64,000 bases of DNA from Macrostomum lignano (lineage: Eukaryota), in the NCBI GenBank assembly GCA_002269645.1, contig NIVC01002120.1, positions 103,866 through 167,865 on the forward strand, read 5' to 3'. The translations under genes and the position numbers were made by a program. A model generated the notes under the pieces. It saw only the letters and a list, made by a program, of their open reading frames with translations. It did not search any database and was not told the DNA's origin. Below are positions 12,062 through 26,200 of this stretch, piece by piece. Each line of letters starts with the position of its first letter. The stretch's first letter is position 1.

Positions 12062-15000
12062 CGGACAGAATTACCTTGACTTTGCTCCCAATTAGGACAG
12101 AATTACCTTGACTTCGCTCCCAACTAGGACAGAATTACCTTTATTTTGCTCCCAACTACATAGATAGACTGTAGAAAATTAACCCGCAGTGACCCGCACT
12201 AATCCAACGGTGACTATCACTGACCGAATCCAAGTATCGATCAGTGACCCGCTTAATGGCAAGTGTTCTTCACTGACCCGAACTGATCCAAGTGGCCTTC
12301 AATGACAGGCATTAATCCAAGTGGCCTTCAATGACCCGCACGAATCCAAGTGTCGATCAGTGACCCACTTAATGGCAAGTGATCTTCACTGACCTGAACT
12401 GATCCAAGTAGCCTTCAGTGACAGGCATTAATCCAATTGACCATCAGTGAGCCGCACTAATCCAAGAGCCTTCAGTGAGCCGTACTAATCCAAGTGACCA
12501 TCAGTGACCCGCACTAATCCAAGTGACCATCAGTGACCCGCACTAATCCAAGTGACCATCACTGACCCGCACTAATCCAAGTGACCATCACTGACCCGCA
12601 CTAATCCAAGTGAACTTTAGTGAATCGCACTAATCTACGTGACTCAGTTACTGGACAGAATTACCTGAAATTTGCTCCCCACTACACAGATCTGGAGGCC
12701 GGACAGAATTACCTGAAATTTGCTCCCCACTACACAGATCTGGAGGCCGGACAGAATTACCTGAAATTTGCTCCCCACTACACAGATTTGGAGGCCGGAC
12801 AGAATTACCTGAAATTTGCTCCCCACTACACAGATCTGGAGGCCGGACAGAATTACCTGAAATTTGCTCCCCACTACACAGATTTGGAGGCCGGACAGAA
12901 TTACCTGAAATTTGCTCCCCACTACACAGATTTGGAGGCCGGACAGAATTACCTGAAATTTGCTCCCCACTACACAGATCTGGAGGCCGGACAGAATTAC
13001 CTGAAATTTGCTCCCCACTACACAGATTTGGAGGCCGGACAGAATTACCTGAAATTTGCTCCCCACTACACAGATCTGGAGGCCGGACAGAATTACCTGA
13101 AATTTGCTCCCCACTACACAGATCTGGAGGCCGGACAGAATTACCTGAAATTTGCTCCCCACTACACAGATTTGGAGGCCGGACAGAATTACCTGAAATT
13201 TGCTCCCCACTACACAGATTTGGAGGCCGGACAGAATTACCTGAAATTTGCTCCCCACTACACAGATTTGGAGGCCGGACAGAATTACCTGAAATTTGCT
13301 CCTCACTACACAGATTTGGAGGCCGGACAGAATTACCTGAAATTTGCTCATCACTACAGAAATAGACTATAGAAAAGTATTCCATGTGACCTTCAGTGAC
13401 CCGCACTAATCCAAGTGACCATCAGTGACTCGCACTAATCCAAGTGACCATCAGTGACCCGCACTAATCTAACAGTGACAATCACTGACCCGCACTGATT
13501 CAAGTGGCCTTCAGTGACCCGCACTAATCCAAGTGGCCTTTAGTGACCCGCACCAATCCAAGTGGCCTTTAGTGACCCGCACCAATCCAAGTGGCCTTTA
13601 GTGACCCGCACTAATCCAAGTGGCCTTTAGTGACCCGCACTAATCCAATTGACCATCAGTGACCCGAACTAATCCAATTGACCATCAGTGACTCGCACTA
13701 ATCCAATTGACCATCAGTTACTCGCACTAATCCAAGTGACCATCAGTGACTAGCACTAATCCAAGTGACCATCAGTGAGCCGCACTAATCCAAGTGGCCT
13801 TCACTGACCCGCACTAATCCAAGTGACCATCACTGACCCGCACTAATCCAAGTGAACTTTAGTGAATCGCACTAATCTACGTGACTCAGTTACTGGACAG
13901 AATTACCTGAAATTTGCTCCCCACTACACAGATCTGGAGGCCGGACAGAATTACCTGAAATTTGCTCCCCACTACACAGATTTGGAGGCCGGACAGAATT
14001 ACCTGAAATTTGCTCCCCACTACACAGATCTGGAGGCCGGACAGAATTACCTGAAATTTGCTCCCCACTACACAGATCTGGAGGCCGGACAGAATTACCT
14101 GAAATTTGCTCCCCACTACACAGATTTGGAGGCCGGACAGAATTACCTGAAATTTGCTCCCCACTACACAGATCTGGAGGCCGGACAGAATTACCTGAAA
14201 TTTGCTCCCCACTACACAGATCTGGAGGCCGGACAGAATTACCTGAAATTTGCTCCCCACTACACAGATTTGGAGGCCGGACAGAATTACCTGAAATTTG
14301 CTCCCCACTACACAGATTTGGAGGCCGGACAGAATTACCTGAAATTTGCTCCCCACTACACAGATCTGGAGGCCGGACAGAATTACCTGAAATTTGCTCC
14401 CCACTACACAGATCTGGAGGCCGGACAGAATTACCTGAAATTTGCTCCCCACTACACAGATTTGGAGGCCGGACAGAATTACCTGAAATTTGCTCCCCAC
14501 TACACAGATTTGGAGGCCGGACAGAATTACCTGAAATTTGCTCCCCACTACACAGATTTGGAGGCCGGACAGAATTACCTGAAATTTGCTCCCCACTACA
14601 CAGATTTGGAGGCCGGACAGAATTACCTGAAATTTGCTCCCCACTACACAGATTTGGAGGCCGGACAGAATTACCTGAAATTTGCTCCCCACTACACAGA
14701 TTTGGAGGCCGGACAGAATTACCTGAAATTTGCTCCCCACTACACAGATCTGGAGGCCGGACAGAATTACCTGAAATTTGCTCCCCACTACACAGATTTG
14801 GAGGCCGGACAGAATTACCTGAAATTTGCTCCCCACTACACAGATCTGGAGGCCGGACAGAATTACCTGAAATTTGCTCCCCACTACACAGATCTGGAGG
14901 CCGGACAGAATTACCTGAAATTTGCTCCTCACTACACAGATTTGGAGGCCGGACAGAATTACCTGAAATTTGCTCCCCACTACACAGATCTGGAGGCCGG

Positions 15001-15365
15001 ACAGAATTACCTGAAATTTGCTCCCCACCACACAGATTTGGAGGCCGGACAGAATTACCTGAAATTTGCTCCCCACTACACAGATCTGGAGGCCGGACAG
15101 AATTACCTGAAATTTGCTCCTCACTACACAGATATGGAGGCCGGACAGAATTACCTGAAATTTGCTCATCACTACAGAAATAGACTATAGAAAAGTATTC
15201 CATGTGACCTTCAGTGACCCGCACTAATCCAAGTGGCCTTTAGTGACCCGCACTAATCCAAGTGACCATCAGTGACTCGCACTAATCCAAGTGACCATCA
15301 GTGACCCGCACTAATCCAAGTGACCATCACTGACCCCCACTAATCCAAGTGGCCTTCAGTGAGCC
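12062..15365. repeat. Composite array: 29-bp and 48-bp minisatellite blocks in a duplicated cassette
   Basis: 29-bp CAGTGACCCGCACTAATCCAAGTGACCAT blocks alternate with 48-bp GGACAGAATTACCTGAAATTTGCTCCCCACTACACAGATYTGGAGGCC blocks (about 15 and 27 copies) that have identical junctions. Confidence 0.92.
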
Positions 15366-15782
15366 GCCATTCCTTCCCTGATACAGAGTTACATGAAGTA
15401 CTGTTTTCTAGGTATCCAAACCATAAAGCTTGTTTTAAGCATCACGAGTAGAACTTATATACGAATACAAAAAATGCTATAAGAACTATAGATGCCTAGC
15501 TAGGCCAGGCTGTCCTCACCGGCCTCTGTATATCTTAGCAGCCTTGGCTGTCCCATACTTAAAACAAAGAGCCAGGCCCAACTCAGCATTTTCACTCAAA
15601 CACACAGAGCTCTTTTAATCGCTATAATCTTCATCTAACTGACTCACCGGCCTCTGTAAATCTCGGCAGCTTAGACCTCCTATACTTAGAACGGAGTAGG
15701 CTCTAAGTCTGCTTTTTCACTCAAACATTAAGGGAAAGTCTTGGGGCCGCTAAAACCTCTTCATCTAAGAGACTCACCCGCC

Positions 15783-16090
15783 TCAGTCAGTCAGTCAGTC
15801 AGTCAGTCAGTCAGTCAGTCAGTCAGTCAGTCAGTCAATCAGTCAGTCAGTCAGTCAGTCAGTCAGTCAGTCAGTCAGTCAGTCAGTCAGTCAGTCAGTC
15901 AGTCAGTCAGTCAGTCAGTCAGTCAGTCAGTCAGTCAGTCAGTCAGTCAGTCAGTCAGTCAGTCAGTCAGTCAGTCAGTCAGTCAGTCAGTCAGTCAGTC
16001 AGTCAGTCAGTCAGTCAGTCAGTCAGTCAGTCAGTCAGTCAGTCAGTCAGTCAGTCAGTCAGTCAGTCAGTCAGTCAGTCAGTCAGTCAG
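15783..16090. repeat. (TCAG)n microsatellite
   Basis: About 75 nearly perfect units. Confidence 0.95.
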
Positions 16091-16654
16091 CCAGCCAGCC
16101 CCTAACACGGACTCAGCTCTCAGCTCACCCAGCATTTCAAATGCACTGCATGGCAACTCGAATCGCTCGAGTCGCTCCAGCATTCACAGCCACCTGGGCT
16201 GGCCGAGAGGTGACCGCAAACTGCGGTTTGGAAACCTCTTGGCAACGAAGACCACTCTCCAGCTGCAGCCATGCTGTCTGTGGTCGGCCTCTCAGCTCCA
16301 CAACCCTAGCCTTTGACACAAACCAAATGTCGAGCTTTCGAATCGGTTCGAAAACCCCACAGCTGGTTTGCGCAACCGCAGCAAATACACCTGGGGCATC
16401 TCAACTCGACTGATTCTAAAAATAGCACATACTCTGGTCTACAAACCGGGCAATGAAGACCCGTTCTTGAGCCGCATGCAGAGACAGGAGCATCTACAGG
16501 ACCATTAGGCTTTGGTCGTTTCTTCTAGAAGGTCCATTTTTTCAGTTTCAAACCTCAGTGCGACAATCAATACCAGTGAGCAAAAATCGATGCAGAAGAG
16601 AGTCATCAGAAAGACTGGTGGAGACGGGCGTAGAGAAGCTTAGATCAGCGAAGA

Positions 16655-16992
16655 CAAGCTGGAATATCAGAGGGAAGCGGAGAGAAGCTGGGATTATCAG
16701 AAAGAAGCGGAGAGAAGCTGGGATTATCAGAGAGAAGCGGAGAGAAGCTGGGATTATCAGAGAAGCGGAGAGAAGCTGGGATTATCAGAGAGAAGCGGAA
16801 AGAAGCTGGGATTATCAGAGAGAAGCGGAAAGAAGCTGGGATTATCAGAAAGAAGCGGAGAGAAGCTGGGATTATCAGAAAGAAGCGGAGAGAAGCTTGG
16901 ATTATCATAGAGAAGCGGAGAGAAGCTGGGGTTATCAGAGAGAAGCGGAGAGAAGCTGGGATTATCAGAGAGAAGCGGAGAGAAGCTGGGAC
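16655..16992. repeat. 30-bp minisatellite
   Basis: AGAAGCGGAGAGAAGCTGGGATTATCAGAG, about 11 copies. Confidence 0.9.
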
Positions 16993-17299
16993 TAAAAAAT
17001 TGATGCATACAAAATACGTTAGAAGGCAAAGGTGCGAAAGAACGAGAGGGGCACAAGGCCGTAGCCAGCGTATTTTTATCCAACACAGAATGGATGCGAT
17101 TCTACTAGCAAAGATAAAGGGTTTGGTTTGGTTTCAACTAAACGATGAAAAGGGTGAAAAGTTGCTTGAGCTGTGTGAATCTGCGATTGAGGAGAAATCG
17201 ATAATTAAAAGAATATAGTTTTGTGGGAAAAGACAACAATTCACAGCGCAACCTAGCTTTACCTCGCGACATGGAGTCCAGCATGGAATAACTCTGCAT

Positions 17300-20200
17300 A
17301 TTCACTCAAACATAAAGGGAAAGTCTTGGGGCCGCTATAACCTCTTCATCTAACTGATTCAGCCGCCTGCCTCTGTATATCTTAGCAGCCTTGGCTGTCC
17401 TATTTAAAACAAAGAGCCAGAAAAAACACTTAGAACAAAAAGCCAGGCCCAACTCAGCATTTTCACTCGAACACACAGAACTCTTGGAACCGTTGTAATC
17501 TTCATCTAACTCACTCACCGGCCTCTGTATATCTTAGCAGCCTTGGCTGTGCCTTGGCAGTATTGGCAGCCTTGGCAGTACCACCCACAGAGCTACTTAG
17601 AACAAAGAGCCAGGCCCAGCTCTGCAATATCACTCAAACACACAGAGCTCTTGGAACCGTTATAATCTTCATCTAACTGACTCACTGGCCTCTGTATATC
17701 TTAGCAGCCTTGGCTGTCCTATACTTAGAACAAAGAGCCAGGCCCTGCTCTGCAATATCACTCAAACACACAGAGCTCTTGGAACCGTTATAATCTTCAT
17801 CTAACTGACTCACCGGCCTCGGTATAGCTTAGCAGCCTTGGCTGTGCCTCGGCAGCATTGGCAGCCTTGGCAGTACCACCCACAGAGCTACTTAGAACAA
17901 AGAGCCAGGCCCAGCTCTGCAATATCACTCAAACACACAGAGCTCTTGGAACCGTTATAATCTTCATCTAACTGACTCACTGGCCTCTGTATATCTTAGC
18001 AGCCTTGGCTATCCTATACTTAGAACAAAGAGCCAGGCCCTGCTCTGCAATATCACTCAAACACACAGAGCTCTTGGAACCGTTATAATCTTCATCTAAC
18101 TGACTCACCGGCCTCTGTATATCTTAGCAGCCTTGGCTGTGCCTTGGCAGTATTTTGCAGCCTTGGCTGTCCTATACTTAGAACAAAGAGCCAGGCCCTG
18201 CTCTGCAATATCACTCAAACGCACAGAGCTCTTGGAACCGTTATAATCTTCCTCTAACTGACTCACCGGCCTCGGTATAGCTTAGCAGCCTTGGCTGTGC
18301 CTCGGCAGCATTGGCAGCCTTGGTATTACCACCCACAGAGCTACTTAGAACAAAGAGCCAGGCCTAGCTCTGCAATATCACTCAAACACACAGAGCTGTT
18401 GCAGTCGCTATAATCCTCATCTAACTGACTCACTTTTATGTACCTGCCGCTGAATGTCCCAGCAACAGTTATATTGTGTATTTAAAATATCAAAAGCGCA
18501 TAATTGAAAAAGATGCCAGTACGATGACTGTCACTTTAGCAGGTTGGCTGAACGAGTTACGAAATGGATGCAAATAAAATTAGAAGGCGAAGGTGGGAAG
18601 AATCGAGATGAGGGCAAGGCCAAGGCCGTACGCGAGCTTATTTAGATAAAACACAGAACATGCAATTCTAGGGTCGCAAAGATAAAGATTAGGGTTTGAG
18701 CTAGCTCGTAAACAATGAGAAAAGGTGAAAAGTTGCTTGAACCAAGTGTGGCTGGAGTTGAGGAGAAATCGATAATGAAAGGTATATAGTTTTGAAAGAA
18801 CAGAAAACAATTAAATAGGCACAGGTTAGCCTTACTCTGCGACAAACAGTCCGTCTGGCATGGTCTAACTCAGCATTTTCACTCAAACACACAGAGCTCC
18901 TGCAACCGTTATAATCTTCATCTAACTGACTCACTGGCCTCTGTATATCTTAGCAGCCTTGGCTGTCCTATTTAGAACAAAGAGCCAGCCCCAACTCAGA
19001 ATTTTCACTCAAACACACAGAGCTCCTGCAACCGTTATAATCTTCATCTAACTGAGTCACTGGCCTCTGTATATCTTAGCAGCCTTGGCTGTGCCTTGGC
19101 AGTATTGGCAGCCTTGGCAGTACCACCCACAGAGCTACTTAGATCAAAGAGCCAGGCCTAGCTCTGCAATATCACTCAAACACACAGAGCTCTTGGAACC
19201 GTTATAATCTTCATCTAACTCACTCACCGGCCTCTGTATATCTTAGCAGCCTTGGCTGTGCCTTGGCAGTATTGGCAGCCTTGGCAGTACCACCCACAGA
19301 GCTACTTAGAACAAAGAGCCAGGCCCAGCTCTGCAATATCACTCAAACACACAGAGCTCTTGGAACCGTTATAATCTTCATCTAACTGACTCACTGGCCT
19401 CTGTATATCTTAGCAGCCTTGGCTGTCCTATACTTAGAACAAAGAGCCAGCCCCAACTCAGCATTTTCACTCAAACACACAGAGCTCTTGGAACCGTTAT
19501 AATCTTCATCTAACTGACTCACCGGCCTCTGTATATCTTAGCAGCCTTGGCTGTGCCTTGGCAGTATTGGCAGCCATGGCTGTCCTATACTTAGAACAAA
19601 GAGCCAGGCCTAGCTCTGCAATATCACTCAAACACACAGAGCTCTTGGAACCGTTATAATCTTCATCTAACTGACTCACCGGCCTCTGTATATCTTAGCA
19701 GCCTTGGCTGTTCCTTGGCAGCATTGGCAGCCTTGGCAGTACCACCCACAGAGCTACTTAGATCAAAGAGCCAGGCCTAGCTCTGCAATATCACTCAAAC
19801 ACACAGAGCTCTTGGAACCGTTATAATCTTCATCTAACTGACTCACTGGCCTCTGTATATCTTAGCAGCCTTGGCTGTCCTATACTTAGAACAAAGAGCC
19901 AGGCCCTGCTCTGCAATATCACTCAAACGCACAGAGCTCTTGGAACCGTTATAATCTTCCTCTAACTGACTCACCGGCCTCGGTATAGCTTAGCAGCCTT
20001 GGCTGTGCCTCGGCAGCATTGGCAGCCTTGGTATTACCACCCACAGAGCTACTTAGAACAAAGAGCCAGGCCTAGCTCTGCAATATCACTCAAACACACA
20101 GAGCTGTTGCAGTCGCTATAATCCTCATCTAACTGACTCACTTTTATGTACCTGCCGCTGAATGTCCCAGCAACAGTTATATTGTGTATTTAAAATATCA

Positions 20201-23200
20201 AAAGCGCATAATTGAAAAAGATGCCAGTACGATGACTGTCACTTTAGCAGGTTGGCTGAACGAGTTACGAAATGGATGCAAATAAAATTAGAAGGCGAAG
20301 GTGGGAAGAATCGAGATGAGGGCAAGGCCAAGGCCGTACGCGAGCTTATTTAGATAAAACACAGAACATGCAATTCTAGGGTCGCAAAGATAAAGATTAG
20401 GGTTTGAGCTAGCTCGTAAACAATGAGAAAAGGTGAAAAGTTGCTTGAACCAAGTGTGGCTGGAGTTGAGGAGAAATCGATAATGAAAGGTATATAGTTT
20501 TGAAAGAACAGAAAACAATTAAATAGGCACAGGTTAGCCTTACTCTGCGACAAACAGTCCGTCTGGCATGGTCTAACTCAGCATTTTCACTCAAACACAC
20601 AGAGCTCCTGCAACCGTTATAATCTTCATCTAACTGACTCACTGGCCTCTGTATATCTTAGCAGCCTTGGCTGTCCTATTTAGAACAAAGAGCCAGCCCC
20701 AACTCAGAATTTTCACTCAAACACACAGAGCTCCTGCAACCGTTATAATCTTCATCTAACTGAGTCACTGGCCTCTGTATATCTTAGCAGCCTTGGCTGT
20801 GCCTTGGCAGTATTGGCAGCCTTGGCAGTACCACCCACAGAGCTACTTAGATCAAAGAGCCAGGCCTAGCTCTGCAATATCACTCGAACACACAGAACTC
20901 TTGGAACCGTTATAATCTTCATCTAACTGACTCACTGGCCTCTGTATATCTTAGCAGCCTTGGCTGTGCCTTGGCAGTATTGGCAGCCTTGGCAGTACCA
21001 CCCACAGAGCTACTTAGAACAAAGAGCCAGGCCCAGCTCTGCAATATCACTCGAACACACAGAACTCTTGGAACCGTTGTAATCTTCATCTAACTCACTC
21101 ACCGGCCTCTGTATATCTTAGCAGCCTTGGCTGTTCCTTGGCAGCATTGGCAGCCTTGGCAGTACCACCCACAGAGCTACTTAGATCAAAGAGCCAGGCC
21201 TAGCTCTGCAATATCACTCAAACACACAGAGCTCTTGGAACCGTTATAATCTTCATCTAACTGACTCACCGGCCTCTGTATATCTTAGCAGCCTTGGCTG
21301 TGCCTTGGCAGTATTGGCAGCCATGGCTGTCCTATACTTAGAACAAAGAGCCAGGCCTAGCTCTGCAATATCACTCAAACACACAGAGCTCTTGGAACCG
21401 TTATAATCTTCATCTAACTGACTCACCGGCCTCTGTATATCTTAGCAGCCTTGGCTGTCCTATTTAGAACAAAGAGCCAGCCCCAACTCAGAATTTTCAC
21501 TCAAACACACAGAGCTCCTGCAACCGTTATAATCTTCATCTAACTGAGTCACTGGCCTCTGTATATCTTAGCAGCCTTGGCTGTGCCTTGGCAGTATTGG
21601 CAGCCTTGGCAGTACCACCCACAGAGCTACTTAGATCAAAGAGCCAGGCCTAGCTCTGCAATATCACTCAAACACACAGAGCTCTTGGAACCGTTATAAT
21701 CTTCATCTAACTCACTCACCGGCCTCTGTATATCTTAGCAGCCTTGGCTGTGCCTTGGCAGTATTGGCAGCCTTGGCAGTACCACCCACAGAGCTACTTA
21801 GAACAAAGAGCCAGGCCCAGCTCTGCAATATCACTCAAACACACAGAGCTCTTGGAACCGTTATAATCTTCATCTAACTGACTCACTGGCCTCTGTATAT
21901 CTTAGCAGCCTTGGCTGTTCCTTGGCAGCATTGGCAGCCTTGGCAGTACCACCCACAGAGCTACTTAGATCAAAGAGCCAGGCCTAGCTCTGCAATATCA
22001 CTCAAACACACAGAGCTCTTGGAACCGTTATAATCTTCATCTAACTGACTCACCGGCCTCTGTATATCTTAGCAGCCTTGGCTGTGCCTTGGCAGTATTG
22101 GCAGCCATGGCTGTCCTATACTTAGAACAAAGAGCCAGGCCTAGCTCTGCAATATCACTCAAACACACAGAGCTCTTGGAACCGTTATAATCTTCATCTA
22201 ACTGACTCACCGGCCTCTGTATATCTTAGCAGCCTTGGCTGTTCCTTGGCAGCATTGGCAGCCTTGGCAGTACCACCCACAGAGCTACTTAGATCAAAGA
22301 GCCAGGCCTAGCTCTGCAATATCACTCAAACACACAGAGCTCTTGGAACCGTTATAATCTTCATCTAACTGACTCACTGGCCTCTGTATATCTTAGCAGC
22401 CTTGGCTGTCCTATACTTAGAACAAAGAGCCAGGCCCTGCTCTGCAATATCACTCAAACGCACAGAGCTCTTGGAACCGTTATAATCTTCCTCTAACTGA
22501 CTCACCGGCCTCGGTATAGCTTAGCAGCCTTGGCTGTGCCTCGGCAGCATTGGCAGCCTTGGTATTACCACCCACAGAGCTACTTAGAACAAAGAGCCAG
22601 GCCTAGCTCTGCAATATCACTCAAACACACAGAGCTGTTGCAGTCGCTATAATCCTCATCTAACTGACTCACTTTTATGTACCTGCCGCTGAATGTCCCA
22701 GCAACAGTTATATTGTGTATTTAAAATATCAAAAGCGCATAATTGAAAAAGATGCCAGTACGATGACTGTCACTTTAGCAGGTTGGCTGAACGAGTTACG
22801 AAATGGATGCAAATAAAATTAGAAGGCGAAGGTGGGAAGAATCGAGATGAGGGCAAGGCCAAGGCCGTACGCGAGCTTATTTAGATAAAACACAGAACAT
22901 GCAATTCTAGGGTCGCAAAGATAAAGATTAGGGTTTGAGCTAGCTCGTAAACAATGAGAAAAGGTGAAAAGTTGCTTGAACCAAGTGTGGCTGGAGTTGA
23001 GGAGAAATCGATAATGAAAGGTATATAGTTTTGAAAGAACAGAAAACAATTAAATAGGCACAGGTTAGCCTTACTCTGCGACAAACAGTCCGTCTGGCAT
23101 GGTCTAACTCAGCATTTTCACTCAAACACACAGAGCTCCTGCAACCGTTATAATCTTCATCTAACTGACTCACTGGCCTCTGTATATCTTAGCAGCCTTG

Positions 23201-26200
23201 GCTGTCCTATTTAGAACAAAGAGCCAGCCCCAACTCAGAATTTTCACTCAAACACACAGAGCTCCTGCAACCGTTATAATCTTCATCTAACTGAGTCACT
23301 GGCCTCTGTATATCTTAGCAGCCTTGGCTGTGCCTTGGCAGTATTGGCAGCCTTGGCAGTACCACCCACAGAGCTACTTAGATCAAAGAGCCAGGCCTAG
23401 CTCTGCAATATCACTCGAACACACAGAACTCTTGGAACCGTTATAATCTTCATCTAACTGACTCACTGGCCTCTGTATATCTTAGCAGCCTTGGCTGTGC
23501 CTTGGCAGTATTGGCAGCCTTGGCAGTACCACCCACAGAGCTACTTAGAACAAAGAGCCAGGCCCAGCTCTGCAATATCACTCGAACACACAGAACTCTT
23601 GGAACCGTTGTAATCTTCATCTAACTCACTCACCGGCCTCTGTATATCTTAGCAGCCTTGGCTGTTCCTTGGCAGCATTGGCAGCCTTGGCAGTACCACC
23701 CACAGAGCTACTTAGATCAAAGAGCCAGGCCTAGCTCTGCAATATCACTCAAACACACAGAGCTCTTGGAACCGTTATAATCTTCATCTAACTGACTCAC
23801 CGGCCTCTGTATATCTTAGCAGCCTTGGCTGTGCCTTGGCAGTATTGGCAGCCATGGCTGTCCTATACTTAGAACAAAGAGCCAGGCCTAGCTCTGCAAT
23901 ATCACTCAAACACACAGAGCTCTTGGAACCGTTATAATCTTCATCTAACTGACTCACCGGCCTCTGTATATCTTAGCAGCCTTGGCTGTCCTATTTAGAA
24001 CAAAGAGCCAGCCCCAACTCAGAATTTTCACTCAAACACACAGAGCTCCTGCAACCGTTATAATCTTCATCTAACTGAGTCACTGGCCTCTGTATATCTT
24101 AGCAGCCTTGGCTGTGCCTTGGCAGTATTGGCAGCCTTGGCAGTACCACCCACAGAGCTACTTAGATCAAAGAGCCAGGCCTAGCTCTGCAATATCACTC
24201 AAACACACAGAGCTCTTGGAACCGTTATAATCTTCATCTAACTCACTCACCGGCCTCTGTATATCTTAGCAGCCTTGGCTGTGCCTTGGCAGTATTGGCA
24301 GCCTTGGCAGTACCACCCACAGAGCTACTTAGAACAAAGAGCCAGGCCCAGCTCTGCAATATCACTCAAACACACAGAGCTCTTGGAACCGTTATAATCT
24401 TCATCTAACTGACTCACTGGCCTCTGTATATCTTAGCAGCCTTGGCTGTTCCTTGGCAGCATTGGCAGCCTTGGCAGTACCACCCACAGAGCTACTTAGA
24501 TCAAAGAGCCAGGCCTAGCTCTGCAATATCACTCAAACACACAGAGCTCTTGGAACCGTTATAATCTTCATCTAACTGACTCACCGGCCTCTGTATATCT
24601 TAGCAGCCTTGGCTGTGCCTTGGCAGTATTGGCAGCCATGGCTGTCCTATACTTAGAACAAAGAGCCAGGCCTAGCTCTGCAATATCACTCAAACACACA
24701 GAGCTCTTGGAACCGTTATAATCTTCATCTAACTGACTCACCGGCCTCTGTATATCTTAGCAGCCTTGGCTGTTCCTTGGCAGCATTGGCAGCCTTGGCA
24801 GTACCACCCACAGAGCTACTTAGATCAAAGAGCCAGGCCTAGCTCTGCAATATCACTCAAACACACAGAGCTCTTGGAACCGTTATAATCTTCATCTAAC
24901 TGACTCACTGGCCTCTGTATATCTTAGCAGCCTTGGCTGTCCTATACTTAGAACAAAGAGCCAGGCCCTGCTCTGCAATATCACTCAAACGCACAGAGCT
25001 CTTGGAACCGTTATAATCTTCCTCTAACTGACTCACCGGCCTCGGTATAGCTTAGCAGCCTTGGCTGTGCCTCGGCAGCATTGGCAGCCTTGGTATTACC
25101 ACCCACAGAGCTACTTAGAACAAAGAGCCAGGCCTAGCTCTGCAATATCACTCAAACACACAGAGCTGTTGCAGTCGCTATAATCCTCATCTAACTGACT
25201 CACTTTTATGTACCTGCCGCTGAATGTCCCAGCAACAGTTATATTGTGTATTTAAAATATCAAAAGCGCATAATTGAAAAAGATGCCAGTACGATGACTG
25301 TCACTTTAGCAGGTTGGCTGAACGAGTTACGAAATGGATGCAAATAAAATTAGAAGGCGAAGGTGGGAAGAATCGAGATGAGGGCAAGGCCAAGGCCGTA
25401 CGCGAGCTTATTTAGATAAAACACAGAACATGCAATTCTAGGGTCGCAAAGATAAAGATTAGGGTTTGAGCTAGCTCGTAAACAATGAGAAAAGGTGAAA
25501 AGTTGCTTGAACCATGTGTGGCTGGAGTTGAGGAGAAATCGATAATGAAAGGTATATAGTTTTGAAAGAACAGAAAACAATTAAATAGGCACAGGTTAGC
25601 CTTACTCTGCGACAAACAGTCCGTCTGGCATGGTCTAACTCAGCATTTTCACTCAAACACACAGAGCTCCTGCAACCGTTATAATCTTCATCTAACTGAC
25701 TCACTGGCCTCTGTATATCTTAGCAGCCTTGGCTGTCCTATTTAGAACAAAGAGCCAGCCCCAACTCAGAATTTTCACTCAAACACACAGAGCTCCTGCA
25801 ACCGTTATAATCTTCATCTAACTGAGTCACTGGCCTCTGTATATCTTAGCAGCCTTGGCTGTGCCTTGGCAGTATTGGCAGCCTTGGCAGTACCACCCAC
25901 AGAGCTACTTAGATCAAAGAGCCAGGCCTAGCTCTGCAATATCACTCAAACACACAGAGCTCTTGGAACCGTTATAATCTTCATCTAACTCACTCACCGG
26001 CCTCTGTATATCTTAGCAGCCTTGGCTGTGCCTTGGCAGTATTGGCAGCCTTGGCAGTACCACCCACAGAGCTACTTAGAACAAAGAGCCAGGCCCAGCT
26101 CTGCAATATCACTCAAACACACAGAGCTCTTGGAACCGTTATAATCTTCATCTAACTGACTCACTGGCCTCTGTATATCTTAGCAGCCTTGGCTGTTCCT

